Source: Chiloscyllium plagiosum
Lineage: Eukaryota
Length of the DNA: 64,000 nucleotides
Direction: 5' to 3'
Assembly (NCBI RefSeq): GCF_004010195.1
Contig: NC_057721.1
Location: 34,516,931-34,580,930, forward strand
This document shows positions 24,340-38,200 of the stretch, piece by piece. Positions within the stretch are counted from its first letter, which is position 1. Every line of letters begins with the position of its first letter. The position numbers and the translations under genes are program-made. Below the pieces are notes generated by a model, which worked only from the letters and a program-made list of their open reading frames with translations, had not been told where the DNA came from and made no database searches.

Positions 24340-24675
24340 ATGGTAGTGAAATGGTAAGGCTAGTAATTCAGTAATGCTCTGGGGACATGAGTTCAAATCC
24401 CAACTCTGGCTTATGTTGAGCTTTGAATTTTATTTTAAAGGAACTGGCCTAATGGTGAGCACTGTTATTGGTTTTACAGTTGGCAACAGTCATTATCTTT
24501 CTTTAAAAAAACCCTCTGGTTCACTGATGTCCATTATGGAAGGAAATCAGTCCTTATTGGTCTGACAACATGTAACTCTAGACCACAGTAATATGGTTGA
24601 CTCTACCTGCATTTTGAGCAATAAGTGCTGGCCTATCCAGAGTCACTACCATCCCTTGAACAAATATATTAAAAA
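24340..24675 (+). mobile_element. tRNA-derived SINE (type 2)
   Basis: B-box GAGTTCAAATCCC and the same core as 14804-15114. Confidence 0.75.
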
Positions 24676-26584
24676 GTCACAAGGTCCTGAGTGATCTTGA
24701 TAGGATGGATAAGAAGAGGATGTTTACTCTCACTGGAGAATATAGAACAAATTGTCTCCCATTTAAAACAGATGAGGTGTATTTATTTTCTCATAAATGC
24801 TCCAAGGTCTTTGAAACTCTCTTCCTGAAAAAACCATGGAAGCAGAGTGTTTGAACATTTTCAAAGCTGGGGTGGATAGGTCCTTGTTATGCAAGAGGGT
24901 GAAAGATTATCAAGGGTCAGTGGGAATGTGGATTTGTGGTTACAGTCCGATCCGCTATGATTTTATTAAATGGCAGAGCAGTCTCATGGAACCAAACTGC
25001 CTATTTGTGATCTTTAGTTTGCACGTTTGTAGGTTTAGAAGCCCTGTAGGGGGCAGTAGAACCTGAGAGAATAGTGATGGCTCACAACCAGGAACTTGAA
25101 TTAAATAGAAGTTGAGGTCAGGTCAGAAACATTGGGAAGTGTCACAACAGGATCCAAAGACATTAAAAGGGCCAGCTATTAGGAGATTAATCTTAAGATA
25201 ATGCAAGCAGAAAAGAATTTTGGGGAATACTGGGCCTAGACTGGTTAGTGGAAGTAGTTTAATGAATATTGTGCTATGAGATTGCAGTTTGGGTTGTAGA
25301 CCTTCTTGGTCAGATGTAGGCAAAGAATGTCCTCCTGAAATTCTTTTGGTGGATGGGACATTCTGTGTAAAGCCTGCATCCTCCTCCTTCACTTTGCAGA
25401 GTTTCCACTATTGTGCAGCCTCTCCTTCAGCTAATAGTCACATCGCAAACCCAAAGGCAATGCAACCAGAGCTCCCATATCTCAGGGAGCAATTCCTGTG
25501 TCCTCTTCAGTTTTAAGCACCAGGTCATAACACTCAATACAGGTGATTTGTAGTGGTAAATAAAATGTGCAGAGGTGTTCAATAACATCTCTTAACAAAA
25601 CAAAATCCCTAACTCTGGGCTAATCTTGCAGTTCAATGTGTATTTTGGACTGTCAAGTGAATAAGTTGAAAGGACGTGTTTTTCAAGTTGACAAATAGAG
25701 CTGGTAGGGCTGAGTGAGATTAGAGAGGTGAGGAACACTTATGTGCCCTTTCCGATATGGGTGCTATGAATTTAAAGTTTCCACCAGAAAGAAAAAATTA
25801 ACAAGTTACAAACTAATATACTCCAAAACTAGCTATTTTCACATATAGTAGTTATAAAAGTCCACACAATTACTAAAAACACCAACGCAGTAGTTAATGA
25901 CAGTGAAGCCGGAAGCACCAAATGCCTGTAGATTCTTTGGCTCTGTGGTCTTGCTGAGATGGACGCTAACACTTGCTTAGGGCTGATCTGCAGTTTAGTT
26001 TGAATTTCAATTATCATCAACTTTGATCCAAGTCGTAGACTTCTCTACCTGTACCACCATCTGATGCCTACAGCTGAACATTGATTTACACCATCAACAT
26101 GGACTGATTTAGGTCTGTATTTTAAATGTAGGACCACTAAGAGTATAGTTCTGTGGCTCCTCAGCCAAGACCAAGCATCTTTGGTTCCTTCAGACTGTTT
26201 TTAACCCTCAGTATTGTCATCCTTTTCACCAATAATGCTGTGTGCCCTGCATGCACAGGAGATCTGATCTTATGGATGTTACTCTTCCTGGTGTTCCTAA
26301 AGTTGATCTGGAAGGAAATAAATAATGTAAAGGTTGACATGTGCAATATAAATGGTAAGTGACAGATATATGTTTTAAGTGAGATGAAACATTTAAATGT
26401 GTCAAATATTTAGACAGGGAGCTTTCAGTTGATTGGCAGGAACTGATGGTAAGATGAGATGCGATAAAGACTTGATTGATAAATTTGCGGCTGCTACATT
26501 ACTAGAGTTTCCCTATCCACCCAGCAATAAAATCTGAACCCAGAGGGAGTACTTCCTCTCCCAGAGGGGAGTCTCTCCCTCATT

Positions 26585-26698
26585 CTGTAGATATTTTCTA
26601 ATTAACCTGTTCATTGATCTTATTACACACCTCTGAAGCAGGTGGGATTTGAACCTGAGACTCCTGGGGACATAGCAACTGCACCAGCACAACCCCCT
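26585..26698 (-). mobile_element. Short tRNA-derived SINE (type 3)
   Basis: Reverse complement has B-box GGTTCAAATCCCACC followed by CAGAGGTGTGTAATAA...CAGGTTAATT; a related plus-strand copy lies at ~37060-37160. Confidence 0.6.
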
Positions 26699-28931
26699 TT
26701 CTTATACTATAAACAAATCTCATCTTCTTCAAAAAAAAGGACTGGATGTGAACCATTCAAGGGCAATGCAATTTAGGTGTCAGTAAATCTTGTCTAATGA
26801 ATGAGACTAGCAGTGAAAGATTACACCTGACACAACTTGGAGATTTTTACTTCTTCAGCACCTTTCCTCAGATTCATTTTTGGGAGGGGAGAAAGTACAA
26901 TGACCAGTAGGAATGTAAAAGGGTAATACCATTCTCTACTTGTCAATGAATAAAAGAACAGGATGAACATTTATCATTAATGTTTATAAAACAATGAGAA
27001 GGATCATCATTGGACCCAAGGTCAGCTCTAAATCAAAAATTCTTCATTATACTGACATTTTACACGAGAGAGAGAGACATTATCATAACCTATAATATTT
27101 CTATCTCTTCTGATAGCTTGTCCTCACTGAGATAAATATCCTCCTGATGATAATAACCAATGAAACTGCAGCAGAATTCTCTGCCTTCAAGCAACTGATC
27201 AACAGTAAAGGATGAAGAAGGCAGATAGTTACCCATCTTGTGGCAGGAACATTGAACACCAGCTTCAAGAGGGAGGTAAACCTTAGGTGAAGAATCTTAT
27301 GATACATTTTATGCTTTGCATTTAAATAGTGATGGTGAGGTGAGTCTTATGATGTCCAGTCCTTTCTGACTATGGGCAAATATTTTCCCATGATCCTCTG
27401 ATTTCCAGCTTATTAGTTATATACTGGAGCATCTGGGCGTGTTTCTCAGGCAATTGCCTGGTATGTGAAGCAGAAGATCTTTCAGCTACACACCTCAAGC
27501 ACCATATTTAAATCCCAGCTACACATCACTTCAGACACTGCTAGTCAGAGGCAGTGAACTAATGTGGTTCTCAAAAGTAACTATATCTCAGATGAAATGT
27601 AAGCAAGCTCACTACTTCCAGGACACGGATCTGAAGAAGCTGGTGGATGCAGTGATGGAGAGGAAGGCAGTCCTGTTTCTGGTTGATCACCAAAGGAAAC
27701 CAGGCCACCAGACCTATCCAGCCTGGACAGGAACAGCAGCACGGGTCAGTGCTATGTCCCAAGTCAGAAGAACACTCAGCAATGCTGCAAGAATATCAAT
27801 GATCTTCTGTGCTCCATAAGGGTATATGCTGCTATTTTCCCTCTGTTACCTCACACTCACAGCAACACTACTCCCTCCAATGCGGCCAACGCAAACACCT
27901 GTTACCAAGGCTCATGGACTACAGCTCTCACTATTGCATACTTCATGTCCACTCAATAGCTCTCACCCACCTCCTCATCCCAGACTATTAACCCTTCCTT
28001 CCCTTTGCATCTCCTACTCACTCACCTTATCACATCTCCTGCTCACGCATCACAACCAAGAGTTCTTGATCCACTTCCATCATGATCCTTTTGTCTCATT
28101 GTCAGTAAAACTGGCCCATCCTTGGACTCATGTCTCAACAGTATCCTGGCTGGCCAACATGTAATCACCCAATCATGGCCAATCCTGCACTGATATAGAA
28201 CGAGTCCCTTGACTTGCTTGTAACTATTACCCTGACTGATTGTAGTCTCCCTTCACCCCAATGAGGACATTTTCTCTTTGACTTTCATACATTTCTATTT
28301 GCGTGAAGCACATGCTATGTGTTTGCCATGTAAGCTGCTGGCACAAGCTGCAACTCTGACTTTGCTGTAGCAACATACCCAACCTCTATTTAACTGATAG
28401 CTTTACTTTTCAGTGCTGCCCACCATCACAAGCTGTCTACCTCTCCTCTGTGCTAAGAAGCAAATTATACCACAGAGGCTGGCAACCTCGAACTGAGCAC
28501 TTATTACCTTGTGAATTAAGAAACACAATGTGACCCACAGAGCAGTCTGTAACCAGTAAGTCAGTGAATGTGCATGAAGAAAGCAATGTGACCCAAACAG
28601 AGGCAAACAAGGGAATGTTATGCAAGCAGGCCTGAGGATGGCATGTGTTCATGCCAGCATCAAATAATTCTGCACAGATGCATAAGAAATGTAACTGTCC
28701 CTGTGTGAAAGGCACCTGGCAGACATATGCAATCCATAGTTATCTATTAGCTTTAAAGCAGAGCATCAAAGCCTTGGAGTGGTGACTGAGTTGGTCTGAG
28801 GATGCCTAGTTGTGGGTAAGAGGTTGCGGAGGCTGGTTTTCAATAAATATTAAGTGACAGTGTATATAAGAAGGGCAATGAATCATATCCACATTGAGAT
28901 TTTGGAGAACATTTATATCTCACGTGTGGAT

Positions 28932-31038
28932 CAGGTTGTAAGTTTTCTCATTGAGCTGGTAGATTTGTTCTCAGATGTTTCATCACCGTGCTAGGTAACA
29001 TCATCAGTGAGCCTCCAGTGAAGCGTTGGTGATCTGTCCCACTTGCTATTTATCTGTCTCGGTTTGTTGTGGTAAATGACATCATTTCCGGTTCTGTTTC
29101 TGAGACGTTAGTAAATGGGGTCCAAATCTATATGTTTGTTAATTGAGTTCTGGTTTGAATGGCAGGCTTTGAGGAATTCCCATGTGTATCTTTGTTTAGC
29201 CTGTCCCAGGATGGATGTATTGTCCTAGTTGAACTGGCATCCCTCTTTGTCAGTGTGTATGGATACCAGTGATAGTTGGTCATGTCTTTTGGTAGCTAAT
29301 TGGTGCTCATGTATCCTGGTGGTTAGCTTCCTGCCCGTCTGCTCCAATGTAATATTTGTTGCTGTCCTTGCAGGATATTGTATATATGATGTTCATTCTA
29401 CTGGTTGTTGGTACGGGGGGCCTTTAAATTCATCAGGAGCTGTTTCAGTGTGGTGGTTGGTTTGTGGGCTACCATGATGCCTAGGGGCCGGAGTAATCTG
29501 GTCGTCATCTCTAATATGTCTTTGACGTATGGATGTGTGGTTAGAGTCTCTGGGCATGCTGTGTCTTCCTATTTATGTCTGTTGTGTAGAAATTAGCGGA
29601 CTGCGCTTATCGGATACCTGTTGTTCCTGAATGCATTGTATAGGTGCTTTTCCTTGACTTCCCTTAGTTCCTGGGTTCTGCAGTGTGTTGTAGTTCATTT
29701 AAATAACCTGTTGCAGCTTTGTTGGGATGATTGCTCCTGTAGTTGAATATCTGGTCAGTGTGTGTGGCTTCCCTGTACATGCTGGTCTGCAGCTCTCCAT
29801 TGTCTTTTTGTTCTACTGTGACATCTAGGAAGGGGAGTCTGTTATTATCCTCTTGCTCTTTCGTGAATTTTATACCAGTAAGAATGCTGTTTATATGTTT
29901 GCGGATTTCTTCTAGTTTGTTGCGGTTTATCACCAATGTCAGGAGTCTTTAGCAGAAGCAGTAATGCAGAGGTTAGAACGAACAGCCCTTCCCACGGTCC
30001 AGCCCAAGATTTGGGTCTGCTATATGGATGACACCTTTGTCATCAACAAACTAGAAGAAACCCACAAACACATAAACAACATCCTTACGGGTATAAAGTT
30101 CACCAAAGAGGAAGAAGAAACAACAACAGACTCCCTTTCCTAGATGTCACAGTAGAATGAAAAGCCAATGGAGAGCTGCAGACCAGTGTCTACAGGGAAG
30201 CCACACACACTGACCAGATATCAATTACAGAAGCAATCATCCCAACACCCACAAACGGAGCTGCATCAGGACATTATTTAGATGAACTAAAACACACTGC
30301 AGCACCCAGGAACTAAGGGAAGTCAAGGAAAAGCACCTATACAATGCATTCAGGAACAATAGGTATCCGATAAGCACAGTCCGCTAATTCCTACACAACA
30401 GACATAAATAGGAAGACACAGCATGCCCAGAGACTCTAACCACATTGCCATACATCAAAGACATATTAGAGATGACGACCAGATTACTCCGGCCCCTAGG
30501 CATCATGGTAGCCCCCAAGCCTACCACCACATTGAAACAGTTCCAGATAAATTTAAAAGCCCCAGTATCAACAACCAGCAGAATGAACATCATATACAAA
30601 ATGCCCTGCAAGGACAGCAACAAACATTACATTGGGCAAACGGCAGGAAGCTAACCACCAGAATACATGAGCACCAATCAACACCAAAAGACATGACCAA
30701 CTATCACTGATATCCATACACAGAGATGAATAGGGACACCAGTTCAACTGGGACAATAAATCCATCCTGGTACAGGCTAAGACATGCACAGGAATTCCTT
30801 GAGGCTTGGCATTCAACCTGGAACTCCATCAACAAATACATTGATTTGGACCCCATTTACCAACCTCTCAGAAACAGAACCGGAAGTGATATTATCCACC
30901 ACAACAAACCAAGACAGATAAATAGCAAGTAGGACAGATCACCAATGCTTCATTGACGGCTCACTGATGATGTTACCTAGCATGGCGACAAAAATGTCTG
31001 AGAACAATCTACCAGTTCAGTGAGCAAACTTACAACCT
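28932..31038. mobile_element. Penelope-like element (family D, Penelope/Poseidon-like) as a ~2.1 kb inverted repeat
   Basis: Right arm from ~29940: LAEAVMQRLE...KIWVCYMDDTFVI (RT), LPFLDVTV, LPYIKDI, NIIYKMPCKDSNKHYIGQT (GIY-YIG); the left arm 28932-29937 is its reverse complement. Confidence 0.92.
28971..29010 (-). ncRNA. Minimal hammerhead ribozyme motif (PLE family D)
   Basis: Reverse complement: TCA CTGATGA T GTTACC TAGCAC GGTGAT GAAA CATC TGA, with stem I TCA/TGA and a 6-bp stem II; a plus-strand copy lies at ~30961-31001. Confidence 0.7.
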
Positions 31039-31844
31039 CATATTCACATGTTCCATATCAAGGAATTGTGCCGGATGTTGGACTTGTTGAGAGTAAATAT
31101 CAAGAAATCAGGTGCACACACAAACTTCTATCTAGTAAGATAAATGGATGAAACGTTAGCCATTCAACCAACAGAGTGCATATTCAGGTTCCTGATATAT
31201 CCTCAGTATGCACAAGTAATGGTGGTCTCTTTATGCTTCTCGGGTGAAAAAACATCCAATATCTGCTTATGCACCAATTATAAAATGTAACTGCTGCAGG
31301 TATATTGCACTAGCAGATAAAGTGTGAGTCATTTCTCCCTGACATTTCTATCATTCGCTCCAATTCCTGTCATATCTCTGTTGCTGAGAATCCCCTCAGC
31401 AGCTGGTGTGATTTGCACAGGAGCAGAGGGCAAATTAGTTATTTAAGCCTTGGATCAAGCATGGTGTTCAAAAATTCCCCATATTGTCAATCCAGACCTT
31501 TAGACATGTGCACCTTGCGTATTCATTTTTTGTAACCTACTTCAGCTTTCTAACCCTCTGAAAACATTGGTCTTTTTGTGAAAACGCTCCTCTTTAAAAC
31601 TCACCTCTTGATACCAATGATAACCATGCTACTAGTCCTCAAAGCCATTCTAGAACTCCTAACTAAAGTTGTCTGTCTCTCCACCTCTGTCTCTTCATTT
31701 ACAATAGTTTTCAAAATCTTTTTGGCCAAGCTTTTCATCACTATCCTTTTGTTTCATTTTTTTAGTTTAGTTTCAATTTCATCTGATTACACTCTTGTGT
31801 AGATCATTTGTTCCACTAAAAGGATTATTAAATACTTAAATAAA

Positions 31845-32645
31845 AGCAAGGTAATTTGGATGCCAGTCAAATTCTGTGGATTTGGCAGCCTCTGTGTAGA
31901 GAGAAAGAGTTAACTTTATTGGGACCAGTCTGTCTTTTCTTCAGAATTTCAAAGTAAAGAGTCATATTGAACTCAAAAGGTAATTCTGTTTCTCTCTCCT
32001 GCTATGGACCAGGCCAGACCCCTCAGGAAGATAGCCCAGACCCTAACTTTTCTAGTCATTTTAAGCGGGTGTAAGGTGGATATCCTAGGAATGACACAGT
32101 TGGCACAACCACTCCATTTTAAACAAAACAGAATTTGTTTACACGTGAACAGAAGAAAACCAAATTTAGAATAAAAACTATTTGAAAACCTAACCAACAT
32201 GAAAATGCAACTTAATGATGTTGTTCCGAATGCTTGCAACATCCCATAAACACCCCCTTGGCAAAAAGCTAAACTCAAACACAGGTTCTTACAGGAGATA
32301 GATGTCAGAGAGAGAGAGAGGATCAGCATGGAACTGCTTCTTTGGGTCCCCAGCAGCTTCTCTGGGATCCCAGCGAAAACTTGACCATCAGCTGCAAGCA
32401 AAACAGCTTGCTCCAACCAAACCCTGAACTGGGAGAACTGGCTACTCCTCTTTCTTTGTACATGTGTTTTTAAAACGCACTTAAAAACTTTCTCAAGTGG
32501 AAATTTCCAGACATATCTGAACCTTGGCTTTTACAACCCCTTTTGACAAAACAAAACAAGGGCATTGTCACCTTGTTAAAGGAGCAGCATTGTCACACTC
32601 CAAAATTGCTGTCAGACTTGCTGACTTTCTCCAGCACTTTCTCTA
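31845..32645. mobile_element. Fold-back PLE stub (family B) split by a solo LTR
   Basis: GGCAGCCTCTGTG..GAGAGAAAGAGTTAAC...TCTTCAGAA, then GAGTCATATTGAACTCAAAA...TCTCTCC, resuming at 32598 with TGCTGTCAGACTTGCTGA. Confidence 0.65.
32000..32597 (-). mobile_element. Solo LTR (Gypsy-like), 598 bp
   Basis: TG...CA ends with a perfect 4-bp TSD CTCC (31996-31999 and 32598-32601); orientation inferred. Confidence 0.8.
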
Positions 32646-35619
32646 TAACTACATGACATTCTCATAAACAAAGCAAATCTGACAACTCACATTAAGCATT
32701 GTGAATTGAATATAACAGTTGACATGGTTATTATTAGAAAACCAAACTGGCAATTGCTTTAACAGCTTTCTGAGAATGGCTTCAGGTGAGTCTAGAGGAA
32801 ACATGATCATTGGATCATTCTCATTGGGGTGAATTATATTGAGGGTTCCCTTGCTTATCCATCCTAATTATCTCTTGAGAAAACCCAGAAAAATGAAGTT
32901 CATGTCAATTTCCCTGTGTTTTGTTTTTGTTTCTGGGTTTTCCATCATATCCTTTTTGAGTGAAGAATTTCTAAAATGCTTTCAGAACTGATTGCACAAT
33001 CGGACACTTGGAGAGGAGCTGTGGTGCCTGATTTTCTAATTATTTAAATTAATGGGCAGTAAATTAGGTAATACAGGCCTGTTATTTCCCAGCAAGTACT
33101 CACTGCAAGTGCTAATGCTTGCCTAGAGCATTGAATTAGGCAATAAGCCATCAGAGCAACCAGTTTGGAGTAAGAGCTCTTGAATAAAGAGTACACACCA
33201 CTCACAGATTGCAGAAATCTATCATTTCTGTCTCTTTTTTTCGAAGATTTGTGCTTTAACCAAATGCAAAATTAACAACACAAACTAGGTTAAGCAGTTG
33301 GTCAAGGATAACAACAGAAGTGTTTAGGCCTTTGAAGTAGCTTACCAGCCATTTTTTCCTCCAATATTGCATCACAGTAAGCAACCAGCAGATAACAAAG
33401 GAGTAACTGTAGTAACAACAGATGTGGTACACAACTTCTGTTTGTGGTCTGTTTTTTAACTCAATTTTGTTTTTATTACAGCCTCAACATGTACACATCT
33501 GCAGTTAAGCTTACACAACCATGAAACATTCATTACAGTCATATGAGGTCACAGCATCAGAATTAAGCCAAGCAATCACAGCTTAAAATTGCCTGTATTC
33601 CTTTTGATTTGTGTCCATCTTTGCAGGAGGAAATCAGAAGTTCTGGTTTGGAAATGCAGCGAAAATGAGAGTAATCCTGGCTCAAAATTAATTTAAGCTC
33701 TTGTTAATTTTGGTAATGCAAAGTTAGTAGCCTGTTGTAAGTCATTGCTATTTTCAAAATTCAGCTTCATCCTTGAATTACTTTGTTAATGTAATTAGTA
33801 ATGAGAACAATATATGTTAGAATACATAACCAAACAAATGTCATTTTAAGCTCTGAAGTACTTGAATTCTTCAGGTATTTCTGAATGTTACATAACTGAC
33901 AAACTGGATTATGCATTATGCCAATAGAAACCCTTTTTTCCTGCAGGAAGTTTGGTCTCCTCACACAAACATCAATAGAACCACATAAGTGGTCTGGAAA
34001 TGTGTTTCTCGTTAACAGTCGGAAGAAAATTACTTTTGAGTCTTATGTTCAACAACTATAATTTAGTCAATTTAAATTCTTGGCTTTTAAAAGGAGGTTG
34101 GTCTTTTGTTATAATAGCATTTCAAAGATGTAGAAATTTCAATTTCCATCAGCACGTCACATTTAGCAAGTGCCAAAATTTGATTTTGGTTGGTTGGGCA
34201 TGTTTTTATGTGCTCATTCCAGTCGCAGCAGCAGTGCATTTCTTGGGGTTATTTCAGGGGAGGCACACAAGTGTGAGGCCTTTTCTGCAATTGCCATCCA
34301 ATTAGTAATGGCAATCAGGTTGTGGAGGTGGGAGACTGAGTGACAGCATAAGTGTGGTCATCAGCCTTCACCATAAATGCAATGAGAGGTACAGCTGGCA
34401 TGCATGGCATGGATGAGAACTAGACAAATGGAGCAGAACTGGCTGGAGGCAATAGTTGTCACTTCCTCACTACTGACACTATTCTTTATTGCAGGTGATT
34501 GGCAGGAAATTGTAGTTATTCTTTGCTGATTAACATCTTATATTTATATATCATTGATTTGTCATGATACTTTGACCTTCTGTTCTGTATGCAAGTCCCA
34601 TTACCTGATGGGCTACAGTGAGCTGAATTTAATTCTAGGCACAATGTTCCCGGTGGTGGATCCAGATGTTGTTGCAGCTTACACATATGGTATATACTTT
34701 CACACTTGCAATCCCATTAAAGGGCAGATGGTGGTTATGTGGTGGATATTCAATAATATATTGGGGACAGAAAGCAAGTGCCTGAACCTACCATCAACTA
34801 GCTTCTTTAAAGGTCTGAACAGGCTATAGAAGAATTGCCTGGTCAAACGTGCTGGCTCTGCAGGCAGAGAGAATTGGGAGCCATCTGGGAGTGAGCAATA
34901 TCTCCTCAAAACCAATGATGTATTCTGTTTGGACTTACAGTCTGTGTGCCATTTTGGAATTCTTTGACTTAAGATCTGATCACTCCCTCCTGGTACATAA
35001 TAGTATTTGTTTCAGGATCTCTATCACGGTCACGCCAACTGCACAACACATGATGGTAAGACAACAACCAGTGCCAGGGTTCAGTGATGACTGAAGACCA
35101 AATCTCCTGTGGAGTGTCGGGGAATGGTGGGAGAGAGTCTTTCCAATAGAATACTCTCCTGCCTGACCATGAGGCTTGAGTGGAGATCATTATAGAAGTC
35201 AACAGTCATGAGGTCCAATAATACTCCTGAGCCCAGTTCTGAAATTTGAAACAACCTTCTCCAATTCACTAGATTAAGTGGTTTGGTGGATTGCCTCAAT
35301 GTTATTCTCACAATGGCATCTATCAGTGTGTGTGCATGCACACGTATACTATTTTACATATTCACAGCCTCCAGAGCGATATCAGCACTATTCATACTTT
35401 TGGATAACCCTTGTCTCCTTGCCCAGCTTAATTTTCATTTCTTCTAAGAATAAACCTTATATTCCCAAACTCTGCATGCACAATAGAGTAGCGTAGTTCC
35501 TGGTAAATCTTTTATTTATGTTTGTAAAAGACTGGTTATTATTGTTACACAATTAAATGAGGCTACTCAGGAAAATTAAGTATAGAATATGAAAAGAACT
35601 CAGATACAAAGGAGACCCC

Positions 35620-36090
35620 AATTTCCATTGCAGCCCAAAATTGTATGTTGTAGACAGGAAATAAAATCAAGGTCATTAAAAATTTGAGATGAGTGATACT
35701 AAAGTTCCACCAATGTAAGCCAGCAAGCAGTTAAGAGATGTGCTCTACTGGCCAAACATGAACAATAAAATCAAGATCACATCAGTCAGTGGAGTGCTTA
35801 TAAAGAATGTCAGACTAAACCAGTCAGAGAGCCACTGATGACACATGATATCTCAGGTAGACCATGGTTACAGCTGGGAGTAGATTTCATTACATTCGCA
35901 AGAACTGATTATCTTATCATCATAGCCAACTGTTGTAACTATTGAGAGGGGGACCAGCTGATATCAATGGCAACCACTGAGATTATCAAATACTTAAAAG
36001 TACAATTCAGCCATTGTGGGATTCCTGACCTTGTGATGAGCAACAATGGCGCTCAGTTCACGAGTGAACAATTCAGCCCCTTCATAAACT
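35620..36090 (+). pseudogene. Gypsy/Ty3 integrase relic
   Basis: RDVLYWPNMN...EPLMTHDISGRPWLQLGVDFITFARTDYLII...LKVQFSHCGIPDLVMSNNGAQFTSEQF (rve core); contains a stop and a frameshift. Confidence 0.85.
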
Positions 36091-36258
36091 TTATTTTGAC
36101 AAGATTGCCTAACTGAACTGAACTGTCCATTGCCAGAACTGAACATGGCAGAGCAGAAGGGATATAAACCTCCAATGATCTCAGCTGATGTACCAAATGG
36201 GACTTGAACAGAGCAGGTGCCATCTTGATAGCATGCAATTGAAGTGAATGACTGGATT

Positions 36259-36476
36259 CAGGTAGTTCTTCTATAACGCGATGGCTGTGTTCTTGTGCAA
36301 CCCCATGTTATAGAAAAATCATGTCTCAGAAACAGCGCTTAATAATTGGTGATGTGCTTGTGTTACAGCCATCACATGTTTCGAAAGTTTGCACTTTAGA
36401 AACAGTGTCCCCATTTCACCAATCATGTTGTAGTGAATTCACATTAAGGAAATGTGCATTATAGTAGAATGACCTG
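36259..36476. mobile_element. Tigger-like MITE
   Basis: TIRs CAGGTAGTTCTTCTATAACGCG / TGCATTATAGTAGAATGACCTG; TA flanks decayed. Confidence 0.7.
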
Positions 36477-37939
36477 TGTACCATTACAGTTGCAGGATCA
36501 TAACAAAACTGGAGCAGCTGTTCCTTCATTCCAGGTGGCTGATCAGGAAGATATGAATTTACCATTTGCAGAGCGCATAGATTAGCCATTGGATCCGGAG
36601 ATACACAGCAACTAACAGTGGAAATGGAACAATATTGGAACAACAGCATGTACCACACAACAGCCAATGAGATAAGAACAACACTCACTTGGAAAGGAAC
36701 ATCACCCAGATCAGTAGCTAATAACATATGAATGTACCATTAAAAGATCAGCAAAATTTAAAAACCATGAATCAAATTTCCAGGGATTGGCAACATCATG
36801 CACATTCCTACCCCAGCACTCCTTTCTTATGAAAAAAGGAAGCAATAGGGTTCAGCATTTATGAGTGGAAATTATGCTCAGGTCACTCAAAGAAAAGACG
36901 TACTCAATCCTAATAGTTCTTTCTTTATGCAGAACTGTCAAAGGAAGACAAGCAACTCTTCCCTTTTTACAACAGGTAGCTGCCATGTTCTGACATTTAA
37001 AAGTCCTAATAGTCACTTGAATAGCTGCCCTTTAAGGTAAGTTTATAAGTTAAGTACATAAAGTGTCCATAGTTCTGAACAAAAAGACTCCAGGCTCAAG
37101 CCCCATCTCCTCCAGAGGCATGCCATAACACCTTTGGGCAGGTTAATTTAAGTTATCTATTAGGTTGGTGTGATGGGAAGGTGGGGTGCCAGCTAGAGAT
37201 AGGCAGATTGCCAGTTAGGGTGGGGTTAAGGCGCAAGATGGCAAGGGGGCCAGTTATGTATTTAGGGAAAGCAGGGTGAGCCGGAGAAATCTGGTGAATG
37301 TCTGGTCTTGTGGGCTTTGGGTCTGGTGAGGGGGGTGCTGGTGGGTTCTAGGTTAAGGATGCCAGGTCCCTGAGGTGGTGGATGTGGGGGAATCGGGTGC
37401 TGGGATTTTGGATCGGGAAGTGTAAGTGATATGGGGAAATTGTATGCGGCCGTGTGTTTGAGGTGAGTATGGTGTGTTAAATAGTTACTTCAAAGTTAAC
37501 TATGCATTTAATAGTCAAATTTCTCCAGAATAAGATCTTACTTAATTTCTTTGGAATCATTCAAAGTCACTGACTTAAATGGAGACTTTCAGACAGTTCC
37601 AGTCATAGATGAATAATGAAGACTGAGGGTCTCCATTCCCAATTCCTAGCTCCACTGGAATAATGAATGTCTCATGAGCAAAAGGTCTACCCCTATGTAT
37701 TCAACGCACATGCTGAGACTGAAGAGCATAATAAACTGCCAATGCACGACAATAGTTCTGTGTATTTTTGACACCTTGGGTAACTCAAACATTTATATGA
37801 TTATAAATCCAAATTTTTGGGGAAGGTTTGTCTAAAAATGTATGTTTGGCTTGAAATACAATCAGGTACAAATGTCCTTCTTTGTCTGTCAGAGAAATAT
37901 GATCTCTGCCATGAAGTTAATGGTGACACTGCAGGCAGC

Positions 37940-38200
37940 CATCTGAGAGCTATCATCAGGATTCCATTCTGACCAGACTGCTGAACACAGGACAAAGTGA
38001 ACCACATGGTGTTTTATGACAATCTGGTAGCTTCATATTCACCATTAAAGATCCTAGTTTTTATTCCAAATTTATTTCATTAACTGTCTATTAATTCCCC
38101 TGTTGCAGTGATGGGATATGAACTCATGTCTCTGTATATTATCAATAATTTGAGCCTCTGAACTACTATTCTAATAATATAATTGCAATGCTACCATACC
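37940..38200 (-). mobile_element. tRNA-derived SINE fragment
   Basis: GGGATATGAACTC is a reverse-complement B-box; GAACCACATGGTGTTTTATGACAATC...TATTCCAAATTT matches the type 2 head. Confidence 0.6.

Larger units (their letters stand above)
21440..25030 (+). mobile_element. Old, internally deleted CR1 LINE (ORF1 esterase, ORF2 endonuclease, 3' end) with several nested inserts
   Basis: ORF1-like SCLLSGRVWDICSGL and VIMFHLSTND; endonuclease YLNAGSI...NNLDLVAITEI at ~22705-22800; 3' end at 24690-25030 (EAECLNIFKAGVDRSL). Confidence 0.8.
27374..31480 (+). mobile_element. PIF/Harbinger relic with Myb/SANT exon and candidate TIRs, interrupted by a PLE palindrome
   Basis: 27592-27821 reads FQDTDLKKLVDAVMERKAVLF...TYPAWTGTAARVSAMSQVRRT(fs)QQCCKNINDL; ends GGGCAAATATTTTCCCATG and CATGGTGTTCAAAAATTCCCC are imperfect inverted repeats (right boundary tentative). 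Confidence 0.65.

Noticed and set aside
26050-26310. Minus-strand exon candidate with a strong acceptor (TTATTTCCTTCCAG)
   Set aside because: All three frames stop before the candidate donor; a non-coding exon cannot be supported without RNA data.
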